Source: an uncultured Lentisphaerales bacterium
GTDB lineage: Bacteria > Verrucomicrobiota > Lentisphaeria > JABSQK01 > UBA12247
DNA: 64,000 bases
Reading direction: 5' to 3'
Assembly: GCA_943788985.1 (NCBI GenBank)
Contig: CALSSJ010000015.1
Location: 95,098-159,097 of the forward strand
The first letter of the stretch is position 1. Each line of letters starts with the position of its first letter. A program made the translations under genes and the position numbers. Shown here one piece after another: positions 60,091-64,000 of this stretch. Below the pieces are notes generated by a model. That model searched no databases. It worked only from the letters and a program-made list of their open reading frames with translations, and was not told the origin of the DNA.

Positions 60091-60375
60091 ATGGTGGATA
60101 CAAAAGCAAACTGCGACAGGCACGGGGAGCAGGAATTAGCAATTGCCTGCATTCATGTGTGCCGATCTCTGGACAGCCGCGACGATGTCGGCTTTTATTG
60201 GGACCCCGACTCGAACGGTGCCCGGCACGATGCCTGGTGTCACGCTTGCGAGCAATGGTCGCTGGCCAACCCAGACGAATCGCCTGAGGTCTGGATGAAG
60301 GTTACAGAGTTTCAATTTCTATGTGTTCGGTGTTGGGACGAGGCCAAAGCGCGCTATACTCAGCCGAAATCTTGA
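60091..60375 (+). CDS. Small Cys-rich hypothetical protein (putative Zn-binding)
   Basis: CDRHG, CIHVC, WCHACE, LCVRCWD. Confidence 0.6.
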   Translation: MVDTKANCDRHGEQELAIACIHVCRSLDSRDDVGFYWDPDSNGARHDAWCHACEQWSLANPDESPEVWMKVTEFQFLCVRCWDEAKARYTQPKS

Positions 60376-60431
60376 TCAGCTAGAAAAACCTGTCTTAAGC
60401 CAGGGGATTTTATCCTTTAGATCCTGTCTCT

Positions 60432-61261
60432 GTGCGTGGTTGTGAAGAAACCGACAGAATATTGCGTCCGCATTTTCGATGCGACCAGACGGGCGCTCGA
60501 CGCTGGAGTCAACTACATCGACGTTTCCCCGCTTACGAAGTGACCAAGGCCAAGACCGTCCTCGGAAAGGCTCTCAAAACCGTAACCCGCGATCGCTACA
60601 TCCTGGCGACCAAGGTTGGCCAGTACGATCACTGCGTCTTCGACTTCTCCGCCGAGCGCGTCACCCGTAGCGTTGAAGAAAGCATGCAGCGGCTAAACGT
60701 AGACTACATCGACCTAATTCAGGTGCATGACATCGAATATGCGGAGCCCGCACTGATTCTAGGCGAAACCGTACCCGCCCTCCAGAAGCTCAATCAAGCT
60801 GGGAGGATTGGGCACATCGGCATTACCGGCCTGCCGTTAACCGGGCTGCGCAAGCTGGTGGCCGAAGCAGGCCACGGGGCAATCGAGACCATCCTATTCT
60901 TCTGCCCCTACACGTTGCAGGATGACGCATCGCCGGTATCCATGGGCTTGCACACCGAGCGCGGGGCGCCGGACTTGGCCCCCGTCCAGCCCAACCGTGC
61001 AGAAGACCGTGCGCCAGGCGATTGCTTCCTGCCAGGCTGCTGGCATCAACATCGTCGAGCTGGCGGTTCAGTAATCCGTTGCAAATCCAGACATTGCAAC
61101 CACAGTTGTTGGCTCAGCGAACCCCGATAATATGCTGGCGAATATTCGCTACGCGCAGCCCCCGATCGATGAAGACCATCTGCAGTTCGTGTGCGAGGCA
61201 CTTGAGCCTGTGCGTAATTGAAACTACACCCGCGGACTCGCCCAAAACCGTGATACCCTGA
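60432..61261 (+). pseudogene. Aldo/keto reductase (L-galactose/L-fucose dehydrogenase-like), frameshifted
   Basis: GVNYIDVSP, ILATKVG, FDFSAERVTRSVEESMQRLNVDYIDLIQVHDIE, spread over different frames. Confidence 0.8.
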
Positions 61262-61275
61262 TAGGACACTGAGAT

Positions 61276-61665
61276 ATGCTGAAGACCGCCTTGCTCAATC
61301 CCGACCTGAACGAATTGCTCGGTCGCATCCGCCACACCAACACTGTTGTGATCGCCGATCGTGGCTTCCCGTATTGGCCAATGATCGAAACCATCGACAT
61401 CGCGCTGGTGGATGACCAGCCCTCGGTGTTCGACGTGCTCAAAGCACTGCTGCCGACCTTTACTGTCGGCGGTGCCTGGATGGCTGAAGAGTTCTTCTCG
61501 AACAACTCCCAAGCAACTCAGCAGGCCCTGCGCGATATTCTTGGAGATACTCCGCTGCACACCGAGCCGCACGACCCGTTCAAAACGCGCGTACCTCAGG
61601 CAATCGGCCTCATCCGCACCGGCGGTACCGCTCCCTATTCGAACATCATCCTTGAGTCTGCCTGA
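61276..61665 (+). CDS. RbsD/FucU family sugar mutarotase
   Basis: RHTNTVVIADRGFP, IRTGGTAPYSNIILES. Confidence 0.88.
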   Translation: MLKTALLNPDLNELLGRIRHTNTVVIADRGFPYWPMIETIDIALVDDQPSVFDVLKALLPTFTVGGAWMAEEFFSNNSQATQQALRDILGDTPLHTEPHDPFKTRVPQAIGLIRTGGTAPYSNIILESA

Positions 61666-62489
61666 TGGTCGATGCCCATCACCATTTCTGGAACTACTCT
61701 ACCGAAGATTACGGCTGGATTAGCGATGAGATGGCGCGCATTCGCCAGGACTTCCTGCCTGACAATCTCGCCGCCACCCTCGCGGCCGCGCAGGTCGATG
61801 GCGCCATCAGTGTCCAGGCGCGCAGCTCAATCGAAGAGACCGAGTGGCTGCTGGGCATGTTCGAGAACCACGCACATCTTCGCGGCGTGGTCGGCTGGCT
61901 CTCGCTCGCTGAGCCAGAAATCGACGAGCAGCTCGAGCGCTTCGCGTCCCATCCCGGCCTCGTGGGCGTGCGCGAGGTGCTCCAAGGCATGCCCGTAGAG
62001 ACCATGGCCGATGCCGCCTTCAACGCTGGCGTCGGTCATCTAGCTGGCCACGGCCTCACCTACGATCTGCTTGTGATCGAGCATCAGCTCCCGCCTGCCA
62101 TCGACTTTGTCGACCGGCACCCAGATCTGCCGATCATTCTCGACCACATCGCCAAGCCGCTCATCAAAGACAATGTCCTCGAGCCGTGGCAGCAGAACAT
62201 CCGCGAGTTGGCCCGTCGTCCCCACGTCTCCTGCAAGCTCTCTGGCCTCGTCACTGAAGCAGATTTCCATGCCTGGACTCCCGAGCAGCTCACGCCGTAT
62301 GTCGAGACTGTTCTGGAAGCATTCGGTCCTGATCGCGTCCTATTTGGCTCTGACTGGCCCGTCTGTCTGGTGGCCTGCGAGTACAGCCGCTGGGCGGATC
62401 TCGTGCGCGGCTGGGTTGCTCCGCTGAGCGACGACGAGCAGGCCGCAATTCTGGGTGGAAACGCCCAACGTATCTACAACCTTTCCTAG
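61665..62489 (+). CDS. Amidohydrolase_2 sugar lactonase (L-fucono/L-galactono-lactonase-like)
   Basis: DAHHHFW, SVQA, LDHIAKP, CKLSGLVTEA, FGSDWPVC. Confidence 0.88.
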   Translation: MVDAHHHFWNYSTEDYGWISDEMARIRQDFLPDNLAATLAAAQVDGAISVQARSSIEETEWLLGMFENHAHLRGVVGWLSLAEPEIDEQLERFASHPGLVGVREVLQGMPVETMADAAFNAGVGHLAGHGLTYDLLVIEHQLPPAIDFVDRHPDLPIILDHIAKPLIKDNVLEPWQQNIRELARRPHVSCKLSGLVTEADFHAWTPEQLTPYVETVLEAFGPDRVLFGSDWPVCLVACEYSRWADLVRGWVAPLSDDEQAAILGGNAQRIYNLS

Positions 62490-62507
62490 CATACAGGAGT
62501 CCAGATC

Positions 62508-64000
<1,493 letters not shown>

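Overview
GC-rich bacterial chromosomal window. Gene content and repeat style suggest a PVC-group organism such as Lentisphaerae or Verrucomicrobia (inference). Bases 1-5.6 kb are a decayed mobile region: an IS91-family element inserted into an IS66 remnant, a broken PIN toxin-antitoxin pair, an AT-rich DUF3050 gene and two degenerate attC-like sites. The rest is mostly housekeeping or accessory genes: waaA, a hyp hydrogenase-maturation operon with no structural genes in the window, three AIM24 genes, asnB/GT4, mutM, a polyprenyl synthase, acp/acpS/nnr, a membrane-anchored PTS Enzyme I, tRNA-Leu(TAA), an orphan coiled-coil McrB-like GTPase, pnp-rpmE-clpP, hldE, a Cys-less MsrP homologue, an ECF sigma module, ovoA-moeB-cysE and a partly decayed sugar-oxidation cluster. 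The strongest unexplained signal is a 13-15 bp pseudo-palindrome, (T)TGCG[AG]A[CG]T[CT]CGCA(A). By hand I count 30 exact core copies and about 15 one-mismatch copies. All exact copies lie inside protein-coding genes, in all three reading frames, and none fall in the foreign-looking DNA. It is a candidate genome-wide, DNA-level signal analogous to HIP1, DUS or nucleoid-protein binding sites. All calls are by-eye; no searches were run.
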